DNA of 64,000 nucleotides from an uncultured cyanobacterium (GCA_963719515.1 CAVRCJ010000003.1:544001-608000), one strand, 5' to 3'; counted from the first letter of the stretch, positions 39,525 through 51,423 are shown. Numbers and translations are program-made. Notes: generated by a model not told the origin, from the sequence alone.

Positions 39525-40690
39525 AACCGGTTGTTTCCTCGTAACTGCTTGATGGTGTAAGTTGACCTGGGCAACTAAGCGAAAGGTGGGAGCCGTAAGG
39601 GGGTGACGGGCTGGCTCGGCAGTGACCTGTCAACGTCTTACAAGTTTCTTCAAACTTGTAAAGCTAGCGTGAATGCGTGATGTGATCAGCAATCTAGCAG
39701 GAGATGGAGTTGAGTACAAAGACCCTCATCCGTTTCGGGCGGTTTGCCTGCGCCGCGGCGTCCATACTGTGGTCTTTTTGTCGCATTCGCGCCAATGCGG
39801 TACTCCTTATCTGTGTCCCTTCTGTGTCCTTATAGTGACCATTGACTACTTCCGAGGCGCAGGTTCTTCGGCAGTGAGCCCGTACCCTAGAAGTAGACTT
39901 TGGAAAAAGCACCCTCCAACTGTCCGCCAGATTTGGCTCAACAGTTGGATTAAGCGCCGGTGAGGCGGCAGCTATAGGGGATCTCAGCAAGGGTTAGAGC
40001 ATTCTACAACAGAGCAATTGAAATCCGGTAATCCCGTCATCTGCAAAGATGAGCGAGGTAAGGGCAGACTTGACAGTTGGGTTAGAGCCTTATCCTCTAA
40101 TTATGAAATGCTCCGTAAAATCTTCAACCTAGCGTCACTGATCCTTGATAATTGCCTGCAGCGATCGCGAGTGTGCTCGATGCCGCAGACGTGAGGATGC
40201 GAGTGTGAGGTAGCCAGTATAGTGGAATCCAGGACAGCGTTATGTATTGATGGCGACCTGACCGGCAAGCGGGATGGATGTAATTAGACAACCAGCGAAA
40301 TGTGAGGCCAACGGTCCTAAATAAAGAAGAGGCAAAGTTTTTGTGATTTTGGCCGAGGTCTACTCCCCCCACAGATGGCCTCCTGTTATCGTGAGTTCAG
40401 ATTGCTGTGCAGGGGTATTTCGACTAGTCCTGTGACGGTTTTGCGCAGTGTTTAGCCCGATAGAGTTTGGCGACGGCAATTTTTGGAAATACTGCTCATG
40501 AGGCCAGCAATGCATTACTTCAGGCTTCATGGCCCTAATGCCCTAATGCTCACGGCCCAATCAAAGCTGCCGGTTTGCAGTAGCTCTCGATAACCTGTGC
40601 TCGAGGATGCGTTGCTGAGACCTACTACGGCCTCTGTTCGTTCCAACCCTAGAGTCCATCTCTCATTCTATCTAACTAGGAGAAGCTATC

Positions 40691-41119
40691 GTGGTTCAAG
40701 CTAAAGAAGCTAAAGAAGTTACCTCATCCTCAATTTCTGCTCTGGCTCAAATGTCCCCAGAGTCACTCAGTGTTGCTAATGGTGAGTCCCGCCCGTGGGG
40801 GGCGTTCACGGTTCTAGAAGAAGGCAACGGCTACAAAATTAAGCGGATTGAAGTCAAGCCGGGTCACCGTCTGAGTCTGCAGATGCACCACCACCGCAGC
40901 GAGCATTGGATCGTCGTCTCTGGGACAGCGCTCGTGACCTGCGGTGAGGCCGAGACGCTACTGTCGAGCAATCAGTCTACCTACGTGCCTCCCTGCACGA
41001 GTCACCGGCTGGAAAACCCCGGCGTAATTCCTCTAATTCTTATTGAGGTCCAAAACGGCCAGTATCTCGGCGAAGACGATATTATCCGTTTCCAAGACGA
41101 CTACTCCCGTAATAAATAG
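40691..41119 (+). CDS. Cupin-domain protein (mannose-6-phosphate isomerase type II C-terminal-like)
   Basis: RPWG, LSLQMHHHRSEHWIVV, HRLENPG, EVQNGQYLGEDDIIRF. Confidence 0.9.
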   Translation: MVQAKEAKEVTSSSISALAQMSPESLSVANGESRPWGAFTVLEEGNGYKIKRIEVKPGHRLSLQMHHHRSEHWIVVSGTALVTCGEAETLLSSNQSTYVPPCTSHRLENPGVIPLILIEVQNGQYLGEDDIIRFQDDYSRNK

Positions 41120-41343
41120 GCCAAGCATTAAGCTGCGCCTGTAGCTTTAAAGGCCATGAAGAAGTAGAACAAAAGTCCGTTACATAATTTATTGTTTCGG
41201 GCGGCTTCACGCAGCTTCAGCGATGCAGACTAGAAGGTAAGCCTTTAATCTGCATCGCTTTTGAGGGTTGATCTACCAGCATTGGTCTCATGGAGCGGGC
41301 TCGAAATTTAGGCAGCGCATCACTCTATTCTCGACAACTCGCC

Positions 41344-41730
41344 ATGATTCACGTTACCGATGCTGCTAGCAGAGAGCTGCGACGCTTAGAGCGGCAGCAG
41401 GGGCTACAGCACTCTACTTTAATTGTTGATGTCTGCTCTGAAGGCTGTCTGGACCTGTCGTATCAGCTGAGCTTTCAAGAGGTGGTACCCGACGACTACG
41501 TTGTCCTATCTCCTAGCGGCACAACCTCAGCGGCGCACTCGTCCACTGACATTATCATTGCGATCGCCTCAGCGGCCCAGCCCTATGTCTCTGGCCTCAA
41601 GATTGACTACTCTGAGGATCTATTGGGAGGGGGATTCAGGTTCCATAACCCCAACGCCGCCAGCGCCTGTGGCTGCAGCCATTCCTTTGCGATCGCCGAA
41701 TCGGATGCTGCGCTCAGCTCAACGCTCTAA
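41344..41730 (+). CDS. HesB/IscA-family Fe-S assembly protein
   Basis: EGCLDLSY, IDYSEDLLGGGFRFHNPNA..CGCSHSF. Confidence 0.88.
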   Translation: MIHVTDAASRELRRLERQQGLQHSTLIVDVCSEGCLDLSYQLSFQEVVPDDYVVLSPSGTTSAAHSSTDIIIAIASAAQPYVSGLKIDYSEDLLGGGFRFHNPNAASACGCSHSFAIAESDAALSSTL

Positions 41731-41843
41731 AGCGCATTGTCGCCGCGGACGGTAGGGTATCCTGTTGACCGTTTTTGACGGGAACTGCTAACATGGGAGA
41801 CCGTTGCAAATATTTTCCTCAAGCCGGTCAAACACAAACCATA

Positions 41844-42218
41844 ATGCCGACGATTCAGCAGCTTGTCCGTAGCGAGCGTCAAAAAGCAAAGCAAAAAACG
41901 AAGTCTCCCGCGCTAAAAAGCTGTCCGCAGCGGCGGGGAGTTTGCACTCGCGTATATACGACGACCCCTAAGAAGCCTAACTCGGCGTTGCGTAAGGTCG
42001 CTCGCGTCCGCCTTACGTCGGGATTCGAGGTGACCGCCTACATTCCTGGCATTGGCCATAATCTTCAAGAGCACTCGGTGGTGATGATTCGCGGAGGGCG
42101 AGTCAAAGATTTGCCCGGTGTCAGATACCATATCGTACGAGGTACTCTAGATACGGCCGGCGTCAAAGACAGGCGACAGAGTCGCTCGAAATACGGCGCG
42201 AAGAAACCCAAGGCATAG
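41844..42218 (+). CDS. rpsL: 30S ribosomal protein S12
   Basis: [29 protein letters not shown]. Confidence 0.99.
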   Translation: MPTIQQLVRSERQKAKQKTKSPALKSCPQRRGVCTRVYTTTPKKPNSALRKVARVRLTSGFEVTAYIPGIGHNLQEHSVVMIRGGRVKDLPGVRYHIVRGTLDTAGVKDRRQSRSKYGAKKPKA

Positions 42219-42364
42219 CCTTGTAGGGTTTAGCCTTATCGAAAGTTAGGCCGGGCAACGAAAAGCGGATCTTGACAGATCCAATTGAGCTTCGTCCGGT
42301 CTGCTCAGTTTGCTGAGCATTCTCTAGCTAGTTATTGCCATATACCAATGCACATAGGTTAAGT

Positions 42365-42835
42365 ATGTCCCGCCGTACATCAGCACAAAAGCGCACCATC
42401 GCCCCCGATCCCAAATACAACAGCCGCCTCGTCAGCATGATGGTCAGCCGAATCATGGAAAGCGGCAAAAAGTCGCTGGCCTATCGTATTGTCTACGATG
42501 CGTTTGGGATTATTGAAGAGCGCACTGGAACAGAGCCATTAGAGGTCTTTGAGCAGGCTGTTCGCAACACCACGCCGTTGGTGGAGGTCAAAGCGCGGCG
42601 GGTAGGGGGAGCAACGTATCAGGTTCCTATGGAAGTTCGCTCTGAGCGGGGCGTGGCCCTTTCGCTTCGCTGGCTGATCCAGTTTTCTCGGCAGCGGGCG
42701 GGTCGCACCATGGCGATGCGGCTGGCTAACGAGCTGATGGATGCGGCCAACGAGACGGGTAGCGCTATCCGTCGGCGTGAGGAAACCCACCGTATGGCTG
42801 AAGCAAATAAAGCGTTTGCTCATTATCGTTATTAG
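42365..42835 (+). CDS. rpsG: 30S ribosomal protein S7
   Basis: [28 protein letters not shown]. Confidence 0.99.
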   Translation: MSRRTSAQKRTIAPDPKYNSRLVSMMVSRIMESGKKSLAYRIVYDAFGIIEERTGTEPLEVFEQAVRNTTPLVEVKARRVGGATYQVPMEVRSERGVALSLRWLIQFSRQRAGRTMAMRLANELMDAANETGSAIRRREETHRMAEANKAFAHYRY

Positions 42836-42875
42836 GGTCCGATAGCGATCGCGATTAAGACAACCGGAGGCAGCT

Positions 42876-44951
42876 GTGGCACGTAGCGTTTCCCTAGAAA
42901 AAGTACGCAATATTGGGATTGCTGCACATATCGATGCGGGCAAGACCACAACGACGGAGCGGATTTTGTTCTACTCTGGCGTTGTCCATAAAATTGGAGA
43001 AGTCCACGAAGGTACAGCTGTAACCGACTGGATGGACCAGGAGCGCGAGCGAGGCATCACGATCACCGCAGCCGCCATCAGTACGACTTGGCGTGATCAC
43101 CGCATCAACATCATCGATACTCCGGGGCACGTTGACTTCACGATTGAGGTCGAGCGCTCCATGCGGGTTTTAGACGGCGTTATTGCGGTGTTTTGCTCGG
43201 TGGGCGGCGTACAGCCGCAGTCTGAAACAGTTTGGCGGCAGGCGGACCGGTACACGGTACCCCGCATCGCGTTCATCAATAAAATGGACCGCACGGGGGC
43301 GGACTTCTACAAGGTCCACAAGCAAATTCGCGATCGCCTGCGGGCCAATGCGGTTCCCATTCAGCTTCCCATCGGCGCTGAGGACGAGTTCAACGGGGTC
43401 ATTGACCTTGTGAAGATGCGGGCTCGCCTTTACAACGACGACCTGGGCGTAGACATGGAGGACGTCGAGATTCCGGCGGACATGAAGCCCAAAGCCGAGG
43501 AGTATCGCACCATGCTGCTGGAGGCGATCGCCGATAGCAGTGATGAGCTGATGGAGAAATACCTCGAGGGCGAAGAGCTGAGCGAAGATGAGATTCGCCA
43601 AGCGCTTCGGAGCGGAGTGCTTGCAGGAACCGTTGTGCCGCTGCTGTGCGGTTCAGCCTTTAAGAATAAGGGAGTACAGCTGCTGCTAGATGCGGTAGTC
43701 GACTATCTACCTGCTCCCATTGACGTACCGCCAATCGAGGGGCTTTTGCCCAGCGGCGAGCAGGCCATTCGCCACTCAAGCGATGATGAGCCATTCTCGG
43801 CGTTAGCCTTCAAGATCATGGCTGATCCCTATGGGCGTCTTACCTTCGTACGCGTCTATTCAGGCGTGCTGGCAAAGGGAAGCTACGTTCTCAACTCCAC
43901 GAAAGACGATAAGGAGAGGGTTGCCCGGCTGATCATTCTTAAAGCGGACGATCGTCAAGAAGTCGATGAGCTTCGCGCGGGCGATCTAGGTGCGATTTTG
44001 GGGCTCAAGAATACGTTTACCGGCGATACGTTGTGCGACGTCAGCTCTCCCATTGTCCTAGAATCACTCTACGTGCCGGAGCCGGTAATCTCGGTGGCCG
44101 TCGAGCCTAAAACAAAGCAGGACATGGAAAAACTTTCCAAGGCCCTGCAGTCTCTTTCAGAGGAAGATCCAACGTTCCGCGTCAGCATTGATCCTGAGAC
44201 CAACCAGACCGTGATTGCCGGTATGGGCGAGCTGCACCTGGAAATCTTGGTAGACCGAATGCTGCGAGAGTTTCGGGTCGAGGCCAACATTGGTGTTCCC
44301 CAGGTTGCCTACCGCGAGACTATCCGCAAGCCAGTCAGCACCGAAGGCAAGTTTATTCGCCAGAGCGGCGGCAAAGGTCAGTATGGCCATGTCGTGATTG
44401 ACGTTGAGCCAAGCGAGCCAGGCAGCGGGTTTGAATTCGTCTCCAAGATTGTGGGAGGTTCTATCCCTAGGGAATTCGTCAATCCAGCTGAACAGGGCAT
44501 GAAAGAAGCCTGTGAGTCTGGTATATTGGCTGGATATCCGGTTATTGATCTCAAGGTGACTCTGGTTGATGGGTCGTACCATGATGTAGATTCGTCGGAG
44601 ATGGCCTTCAAGATCGCAGGATCGATGGCAATTAAGGATGCTGTTTTAAAGGCGGCACCCGCATTGCTTGAGCCTATGATGAAGGTAGAAGTCGAGGTCC
44701 CTGAAGAATTTTTGGGCGACGTGATGGGAGATCTAAACTCTCGCCGTGGCCAGATTGAGGGGATGGGATCGGACGATGGACTCGCTAAAGTGACCTCTAA
44801 GGTTCCACTGGCGGAAATGTTTGGCTATGCCACCGATATTCGGTCTAAGACTCAAGGTCGAGGCATTTTCTCCATGGAATTTAGCGAGTATGATGAAGTG
44901 CCTCGCAACGTTGCGGAGACTATCATTGCTAAAAGTAAAGGGAACGCGTAA
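42876..44951 (+). CDS. fusA: Elongation factor G
   Basis: [28 protein letters not shown]. Confidence 0.99.
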   Translation: MARSVSLEKVRNIGIAAHIDAGKTTTTERILFYSGVVHKIGEVHEGTAVTDWMDQERERGITITAAAISTTWRDHRINIIDTPGHVDFTIEVERSMRVLDGVIAVFCSVGGVQPQSETVWRQADRYTVPRIAFINKMDRTGADFYKVHKQIRDRLRANAVPIQLPIGAEDEFNGVIDLVKMRARLYNDDLGVDMEDVEIPADMKPKAEEYRTMLLEAIADSSDELMEKYLEGEELSEDEIRQALRSGVLAGTVVPLLCGSAFKNKGVQLLLDAVVDYLPAPIDVPPIEGLLPSGEQAIRHSSDDEPFSALAFKIMADPYGRLTFVRVYSGVLAKGSYVLNSTKDDKERVARLIILKADDRQEVDELRAGDLGAILGLKNTFTGDTLCDVSSPIVLESLYVPEPVISVAVEPKTKQDMEKLSKALQSLSEEDPTFRVSIDPETNQTVIAGMGELHLEILVDRMLREFRVEANIGVPQVAYRETIRKPVSTEGKFIRQSGGKGQYGHVVIDVEPSEPGSGFEFVSKIVGGSIPREFVNPAEQGMKEACESGILAGYPVIDLKVTLVDGSYHDVDSSEMAFKIAGSMAIKDAVLKAAPALLEPMMKVEVEVPEEFLGDVMGDLNSRRGQIEGMGSDDGLAKVTSKVPLAEMFGYATDIRSKTQGRGIFSMEFSEYDEVPRNVAETIIAKSKGNA

Positions 44952-44982
44952 TTCAGAGGATTCGGAAAAGGATACATAACTC

Positions 44983-46197
44983 ATGGCACGAGCAAAGTTC
45001 GAACGAAACAAACCCCACGTCAATATTGGCACCATCGGCCACGTTGACCACGGCAAAACAACGCTGACGGCAGCCATCACCATGGCGCTAGCAGCTAAGG
45101 GCGGTGCAGAAGCTCGTAAATACGAGGATATCGACGCGGCTCCCGAAGAAAAGGCTCGTGGTATCACCATCAATACTGCCCACGTTGAGTATGAGACCGA
45201 AACTCGGCACTATGCCCATGTGGACTGTCCCGGCCACGCTGACTATGTGAAGAACATGATTACGGGTGCGGCTCAGATGGATGGCGCTATCCTCGTTGTG
45301 TCGGCTGCTGATGGTCCCATGCCTCAGACTCGCGAGCACATTTTGCTAGCGCGCCAGGTCAACGTTCCTAACCTGGTGGTGTTCATGAATAAGCAGGACC
45401 AGGTCGATGACGAAGAGCTGCTTGAGCTAGTTGAGCTAGAAGTGCGCGAGCTGCTAAGCGACTACGACTTTCCCGGCGACGATATCCCCATTACCGTTGG
45501 CTCTGCTCTAAAAGCAGTTGAGGCGCTAACGGGTGGCGGTTCAGACGAGTGGGTAGAGAAAATCTACGCGCTGATGGATACCGTAGACGAGTACATTCCG
45601 ACGCCCGAGCGAGACATCGATAAGCCTTTCCTGATGGCGGTTGAGGACGTCTTCTCCATCACAGGTCGGGGTACGGTGGCCACTGGCCGGATTGAGCGTG
45701 GCAAGGTCAAAGTCGGCGAAGAGGTCGAGGTTGTGGGCATTCGCGACACCCGCAAGACCACCGTCACCGGAATTGAGATGTTCCGTAAGAGCCTAGATGA
45801 GGGCATGGCCGGAGACAACGCCGGTATCCTGCTGCGGGGCTTTAAAAAGGAAGATATTGACCGAGGAATGGTCATTTCCAAGCCTGGCTCTATCACGCCC
45901 CACACTCAGTTTGAGTCTGAGGTCTACGTGCTCAAGAAGGAAGAGGGTGGCCGTCACACGCCTTTCTTCGGCGGCTATCGCCCCCAGTTCTACATTCGGA
46001 CAACCGATGTAACCGGCGAAATCAAGGAGTACACCGCTGACGACGGCAGCACCGTGGAAATGGTAATGCCCGGCGATCGCATCAAGATGACCGTTGAGCT
46101 GATTAGCCCGATTGCAATTGAGCAGGGCATGCGCTTCGCGATTCGTGAGGGCGGCCGCACCATTGGAGCAGGCGTGGTCTCTAAGATCCTTAAGTAG
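44983..46197 (+). CDS. tuf: Elongation factor Tu
   Basis: [27 protein letters not shown]. Confidence 0.99.
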   Translation: MARAKFERNKPHVNIGTIGHVDHGKTTLTAAITMALAAKGGAEARKYEDIDAAPEEKARGITINTAHVEYETETRHYAHVDCPGHADYVKNMITGAAQMDGAILVVSAADGPMPQTREHILLARQVNVPNLVVFMNKQDQVDDEELLELVELEVRELLSDYDFPGDDIPITVGSALKAVEALTGGGSDEWVEKIYALMDTVDEYIPTPERDIDKPFLMAVEDVFSITGRGTVATGRIERGKVKVGEEVEVVGIRDTRKTTVTGIEMFRKSLDEGMAGDNAGILLRGFKKEDIDRGMVISKPGSITPHTQFESEVYVLKKEEGGRHTPFFGGYRPQFYIRTTDVTGEIKEYTADDGSTVEMVMPGDRIKMTVELISPIAIEQGMRFAIREGGRTIGAGVVSKILK

Positions 46198-46291
46198 CCC
46201 TTTTGTATAGGTTCTAGAAATATCAGCAGTTTGACGTCTCGTCGGCTGCTGATATTTTTTCTCGATATATCCCCAGAACGTTTGATAAACC

Positions 46292-46609
46292 ATGGCAACT
46301 ATTCAACAGCAAAAGATTCGCATTCGCCTCAAGGCGTTTGACCGCAGCCTGCTCGATACCAGCTGCGAGAAGATCGTAGACACCGCCAACCGCACGAACG
46401 CCACTGCAATTGGTCCTATCCCGTTGCCCACTAAGCGCCGTATCTACTGCGTCCTGCGCTCTCCCCACGTCAACAAGGACTCGCGGGAGCACTTTGAAAC
46501 CCGGACCCACCGCCGTATCATCGATATCTACCAGCCGTCCTCCAAAACTATCGACGCATTGATGAAGCTCGACTTGCCTTCTGGCGTTGATATCGAAGTC
46601 AAGCTCTAG
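46292..46609 (+). CDS. rpsJ: 30S ribosomal protein S10
   Basis: [31 protein letters not shown]. Confidence 0.99.
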   Translation: MATIQQQKIRIRLKAFDRSLLDTSCEKIVDTANRTNATAIGPIPLPTKRRIYCVLRSPHVNKDSREHFETRTHRRIIDIYQPSSKTIDALMKLDLPSGVDIEVKL

Positions 46610-46633
46610 CAGCCGGGCAGATTAGGGCTGAGG

Positions 46634-47311
46634 ATGATGACGCGGTTAACCGACAATACCCTTGACCCCCAAGCCTTAGACGCAATCATTTTTGACCTGG
46701 GCGGCGTTATCCTCAACATCGCCTATCAAAATACGCTGGATGCGTTTGGCCAGCTGGCGGGCCGAGACATAACTCACCTCTATACCCAGCATCAGCAAAC
46801 TGAGCTGTTCGACGCTTACGAAACCGGCAAGCTGACCTCGAATCAGTTTCGTCAGGGGCTGCGATCGCTCTTGAACCTTGAGACTCAAGGGGTCGAAGAC
46901 CAGGCTATGGACGCTGCCTGGAACGCGATGCTTCTCGACCTTCCCCCGAACCGGCTGCAGGTGCTCAACCAGCTTGCTCGGAGGTTTCGGCTATTCTTAC
47001 TTTCTAACACTAACGAAATTCACAAAGCTGCCTTTGAGCGGCATCTCAGCGAGACTGTAGGAGAGCCCTCCGCCTTGGCCAGTCGTTTTGAAGCGGTTTA
47101 CTACTCCCATCTGCTGGGCGATCGCAAACCAAACCCCAGCGTATTTGAGCGCGTGGTTACTGAGCAGGGATTGACGCCGTCGCGTACGCTGTTTGTGGAC
47201 GACACCATTGGGCACCTAGGCGGCGCTAGCGCTATTGGCCTTAGAACGGTTCATCTGGCAGATGGATTAACGTTTGAGCAATTGTCCGGCAGGCTGTTAG
47301 CGTCGGCGTAA
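46634..47311 (+). CDS. HAD-family phosphatase
   Basis: FDLGGV, LSNTN, RKP, FVDD motifs I-IV. Confidence 0.9.
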   Translation: MMTRLTDNTLDPQALDAIIFDLGGVILNIAYQNTLDAFGQLAGRDITHLYTQHQQTELFDAYETGKLTSNQFRQGLRSLLNLETQGVEDQAMDAAWNAMLLDLPPNRLQVLNQLARRFRLFLLSNTNEIHKAAFERHLSETVGEPSALASRFEAVYYSHLLGDRKPNPSVFERVVTEQGLTPSRTLFVDDTIGHLGGASAIGLRTVHLADGLTFEQLSGRLLASA

Positions 47312-47402
47312 GGGCATAGACTCTATATTGCATAAACCGAGTCGATGAGGCGACGGTAGTCTTCGGGCGGAACGCCTTGGGAAGAATGGGCAGGGTACTC
47401 AA

Positions 47403-48599
47403 ATGGCTTCAACTTCGAGTGGGTATGACTGGATTGTGGTTGGCGGCGGTCTAGCAGGATCGAGCGTGGCCTATGAGCTTGCCCATCAGGGGCTGTCCGT
47501 GCTGCTGCTGGACGCTCAGTCTCCTCTGAGGGCCACCCGCTACAGCTACGGCGGCATTCCCTACTGGTCAGGGACGACGCCGCTTATGCAGCAGCTTTGC
47601 CAAGAGGGAATTGAGCGTCATCGGGCTTTGCCCGATGAGCTTGAGGCAGACACACAGCTCAGGGAACTTGACCTACTGCTGACGGTCGCTGAGGGGCAAG
47701 ATCCTCAGCAAGCGCTGCAGACCTACGCAAGCTGTCAAATTCCTCCCACCTTACTGAGTACTTCAGAAGCTCGTCAGCGCGAACCCCAGCTCAGCCCGGC
47801 GATCGCGGGGGCCTTGACCGTTCGTCACGGGCATGTCGACCCCATCCGGCTGGTTGGTGCCTACCAGCAGGCCTTTACTCGGTTGGGGGGAACGGCCCAC
47901 TTCGCTGAGGCTATTCAGGTCGAACAGAAAAACGGCTACGCGGAGGTGCTCACCCCGGCACAGACATTCTCCAGCGCCGCCGTCCTCGTCTGTGCGGGCG
48001 GGCTGAGCCGGAACCTGCTGGCAAAATCGGGGTATTCCGTACGGCAGTACTTCACTCACGCAGAGCTTCTTGAGACCACTGCGCTGCCGCCGTCTCTACG
48101 CACTTTAGTGATGCCCGCCCACACGCAGCGGTTCGACCTGGAGGCGGAGGCCGCTCAGCCCCAGTACGAGCCTCTCTGGCAGCAGGCAAAGCCTGTTACT
48201 GACCCTATTTTGGATCCAGGAGCGATTCAGTTCTTAGACGGGCGCATTTGTATGGGGCAGATCAGCCGTACTCTAGGGGATCCGTTTGCAGCGGCGAATC
48301 TGACCGAGAGCGAAGTCAGCATACGGCAGGCGATGAGCCAGGTTTTGCCGGACCTAGCCGACCTGCCAGGTCGCTGTTACCACTGTCTCGTCGCCTTTAG
48401 CGGCGATCGCCTTCCCCTGATTGGTCTTATTCCTGACGCTGACAACCTGCATCTTTTTTCAGGGTTCGGAAGCCCCTTTGCCATCTTGCCGCCTTTGGCT
48501 CAGCGGTTTGCCGCCCACATTGCCGTCGCCCCAGATGATATTATTACCGCTTTATCACCTAGACGGCCGGGTCTGCTGCTCGATCACAGCGGCCGGTAG
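47403..48599 (+). CDS. FAD-dependent oxidoreductase (DAO/glycine-oxidase family)
   Basis: VVGGGLAG dinucleotide-binding motif, GHVDP, D.LPLIG. Confidence 0.85.
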   Translation: MASTSSGYDWIVVGGGLAGSSVAYELAHQGLSVLLLDAQSPLRATRYSYGGIPYWSGTTPLMQQLCQEGIERHRALPDELEADTQLRELDLLLTVAEGQDPQQALQTYASCQIPPTLLSTSEARQREPQLSPAIAGALTVRHGHVDPIRLVGAYQQAFTRLGGTAHFAEAIQVEQKNGYAEVLTPAQTFSSAAVLVCAGGLSRNLLAKSGYSVRQYFTHAELLETTALPPSLRTLVMPAHTQRFDLEAEAAQPQYEPLWQQAKPVTDPILDPGAIQFLDGRICMGQISRTLGDPFAAANLTESEVSIRQAMSQVLPDLADLPGRCYHCLVAFSGDRLPLIGLIPDADNLHLFSGFGSPFAILPPLAQRFAAHIAVAPDDIITALSPRRPGLLLDHSGR

Positions 48600-49115
48600 T
48601 GACGCCTTATGCCGGCGCTGAACTAAAAGGCGCTGCAGTTGCCAGGCTGCCGCCGCCCCCAAAGCGATGCAGAGGCCAATCCCGCAAATATATTGAAACC
48701 CCGCTAAGCCAAAGGACAGACTTAGCATCAGCATCAGCCCTGCTGCACCCCTGGCGGTCGCCAACATTTCCTGAACGGTGTCTGTGTCCCCTTCCGCTTG
48801 GGCCGCAGACTGCTTTTTGAGCGCTGCTTTCCGCTCAATTTCTGCTTCCCACAGGGCAATATCGCCAACGGCGCGCTTACGCTGTCGATATATTTCAGGG
48901 TCAAGTTCGTAATAGGTGCCGAGGGTTTCATCCCGGAGACTGGCTACGGAGTAGAGGCCCAGGGTTTTAGCGTAGGCGATCGCCCGCCGAACATCTTTTT
49001 TGGTCGCCAGGGAGTGGAACACCTCGAAGATAGACTCGCGGTAGATCCCCGTTTCCGACATCTCCAAAATGCGCTGTGTCAGATCAGTAAGCGATAGGTG
49101 ATGGCGTTGCCCCAT
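48555..49115 (-). CDS. Hypothetical membrane protein
   Basis: ILEMSETGIYRESIFE N-terminal domain and two C-terminal hydrophobic segments. Confidence 0.7.
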   Translation of the reverse strand: MGQRHHLSLTDLTQRILEMSETGIYRESIFEVFHSLATKKDVRRAIAYAKTLGLYSVASLRDETLGTYYELDPEIYRQRKRAVGDIALWEAEIERKAALKKQSAAQAEGDTDTVQEMLATARGAAGLMLMLSLSFGLAGFQYICGIGLCIALGAAAAWQLQRLLVQRRHKASLPAAVIEQQTRPSR

Positions 49116-49177
49116 AGAAGGCCATAAAGTTGACGTCGTGACCCTGGCGTGAGAAGTAGTTCAATTGTACCGAAAAT

Positions 49178-50191
49178 CTAGGCGGACTGCTGCGGCCCAT
49201 TGACAATTTGCCGCACCCGATAGATTGGGCGGCCCTGAGATTCGTGATAAGTCCGCATCATCATTTCAGCAAGGAGTCCAAAGCTCAAAAGCTGCAGTCC
49301 TGCTAGGATGAGCACCACCGCCAAAATCAGCAGCGGCCGGTTGCCAATATCCTGACCGAACCCAAACTTGATCACCGTTAGGTAAAGGCTGATCAAAATG
49401 CCAATTCCAGCAGAGCTTAGCCCAAAGGCCCCGAAGACGTGCATAGGCCGAGTCAAGAACGTCTTCATGAACGAAATCGTAAATAGGTCTAGCATGACGC
49501 GAATCGTCCGACCTAAACCGTACTTACTTTGGCCAAACTGGCGGGCGTGATGGCCTACAGGAATTTCGGCAATGCGAGCCCCTTCAATAAAGGCCAAGGC
49601 CGGCAAGAACCGGTGCAGCTCGCCGTAGAGATTCATGTCGGCTACAAGTTCGGCGCGGTAGGCCTTCAGGGAGCACCCGTAGTCATGGAGCTGCACGCCG
49701 GTCACCCGGCTAATGAGCCAGTTGGCAATTTTTGAGGGCAGCAGCCGAGTAAGGGCGTCATCTTGTCGGTGGCGTCGCCAGCCGCTCACCAAGTCGTATC
49801 CCTCATCGAGTTTGGCAACAATGCGGGGGATGTCGGCGGGGTCGTTTTGCAGGTCGCCATCTAAGGTGACGATGGCCTGCCCCCGGGCGTGCTTAAACCC
49901 AGCCGCCATCGCCGCCGTTTGGCCGTAGTTTCGGCGCAGAATAATGCCCCGTAGATGGGGCCGCTCCTGGGCCAGTTTCTGAAGCAGGTCGGTAGAACCG
50001 TCGGTAGAGCCGTCGTCAACGCAGATCAGCTCGTAGGCCGGCCCCAAACTCGAAACGGTGTTTGTGATGGCGTCGACTAGGGGAACGAGGCTTTCAACTT
50101 CGTTGTAGATGGGCACAACGATTGAGATTGCGACGTCGGCGATCGCGTCGTCTTCTAGCTGATGCAACGGCGTCCTTAACCCTGTACCCAT
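49178..50191 (-). CDS. Glycosyltransferase family 2 (polyprenol-phosphate glycosyltransferase type)
   Basis: VVPIYNE, VDDGSTD, RNYGQ, DGDLQNDP, two C-terminal TM helices. Confidence 0.93.
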   Translation of the reverse strand: MGTGLRTPLHQLEDDAIADVAISIVVPIYNEVESLVPLVDAITNTVSSLGPAYELICVDDGSTDGSTDLLQKLAQERPHLRGIILRRNYGQTAAMAAGFKHARGQAIVTLDGDLQNDPADIPRIVAKLDEGYDLVSGWRRHRQDDALTRLLPSKIANWLISRVTGVQLHDYGCSLKAYRAELVADMNLYGELHRFLPALAFIEGARIAEIPVGHHARQFGQSKYGLGRTIRVMLDLFTISFMKTFLTRPMHVFGAFGLSSAGIGILISLYLTVIKFGFGQDIGNRPLLILAVVLILAGLQLLSFGLLAEMMMRTYHESQGRPIYRVRQIVNGPQQSA

Positions 50192-50316
50192 AGCCTTTGG
50201 AGAAACCTAAAGAAATAGTCTACGTTCAAGTAGCATAGACTAAATTCTGACTCCGTCAACCAAAGTGAAACCAGGCCTAGACTAGCCGATATATTCGAGG
50301 TGGAGAACTATCTAGG

Positions 50317-50724
50317 CTAGCGGGTCTCGCGCCGGTAGCGGTCCGCTGCTGACTGCTTGATGGGAAAGCCGACCGGCTTGACAATCTGGGTGCGGCGCTT
50401 TCGCTCTAGCTGCTTGAGCTCGGTGTAATCAATCCAGTGAATACAGTCAACGGGGCAAGTGTCGATCGCCTCTTGGATCAGCTCCTCGGAGTCACCGTCT
50501 TGTCGAACTACTCGCGATCGCCCGTAGTCGGGTTCGATGTAGAACGTGTTGCGCGCGACATGGGCACAGTGCTTACAGCCGATGCAGGTGGGCTCATCAA
50601 CGTAAACGCCGGATTGGCGATCGCTCCCCCCTAGCTCGGGCTCTAAGCCGGTCTGCTCTAACTTGTTGCGTAGCACCCCCCCTAGCTCTGGTTCTAGCCC
50701 AGACCCACCATGAGTCATACCCAT
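50317..50724 (-). CDS. Ferredoxin of the DnaJ-Fer domain type
   Basis: GLEPELGG, VYVDEPTCIGCKHC, AIDTCPVDCIHW. Confidence 0.88.
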   Translation of the reverse strand: MGMTHGGSGLEPELGGVLRNKLEQTGLEPELGGSDRQSGVYVDEPTCIGCKHCAHVARNTFYIEPDYGRSRVVRQDGDSEELIQEAIDTCPVDCIHWIDYTELKQLERKRRTQIVKPVGFPIKQSAADRYRRETR

Positions 50725-50749
50725 CTCCAAAAATTTGTCTTGAGGGCTG

Positions 50750-51136
50750 CTATGCGCTCCAGCGCTGCAGCACGAGGCGAACCGAGCCATCTTGCTGCGT
50801 CTGTTGCTCAGTCACCTGAAATCCTTTCTGCGCCGTTTCAGCAACGATCGTGCGGTAAGCATAGCGCTGCGTCACCTGATTTAGAAAGCCCTGCACCGAT
50901 AAGGGCTGCTGCCAGTACTGCAAATCTGCCACCAGTTCGTACTCCTGGCCATTCCAGCAAAACCCCAGGTCGTAGCCGTTGTTCTGGGCGATCGCGATGT
51001 CCGCAGCCTGAGTCTGACCTCGGTAGCCCTGAATGTCAACGGGGCCTTCCTGCCAATCAATACCGCTGTCGGTGAGAGCAGCCTTCAAAAACGATAGGTT
51101 GCGAATCTGGGTTTTAATTTGGCTGAAGTGTGACAT
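50750..51136 (-). CDS. ycf35: Ycf35 / DUF1257 protein
   Basis: MSHFSQIKTQIR, YELVADLQYW, QRYAY, DGSVRLVLQRW. Confidence 0.9.
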   Translation of the reverse strand: MSHFSQIKTQIRNLSFLKAALTDSGIDWQEGPVDIQGYRGQTQAADIAIAQNNGYDLGFCWNGQEYELVADLQYWQQPLSVQGFLNQVTQRYAYRTIVAETAQKGFQVTEQQTQQDGSVRLVLQRWSA

Positions 51137-51219
51137 GTAACTCAGTTTGGATAAACGATAGCAGGGTTAAATTCAGAAGGTTGGGAAAACTTTTCGAGGG
51201 CAAGCCCAAAACGAAGGGG

Positions 51220-51423
51220 CTACCAGGCGCTGGCGGCTTGAGTCACGGTTGAGTCTTGGTAGGTCATGGCATTGAAGTAGTCAGAGGTCTGCTCTTGGCG
51301 AAGAACAGTCCCGAGCTGCGACTCGAGCGCTTCGGTGACCGCCGTGCAGGATTGCCCCTTGACGCCGCTAACTTTTTCCTCTACACGACCATCGGGATAA
51401 ATGATGAACTCGAGAGTTTCCAT
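51220..51423 (-). CDS. DUF2997 protein
   Basis: METLEFIIYPDGRVEEKVSGVKGQSC; usual neighbour of ycf35. Confidence 0.85.
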   Translation of the reverse strand: METLEFIIYPDGRVEEKVSGVKGQSCTAVTEALESQLGTVLRQEQTSDYFNAMTYQDSTVTQAASAW

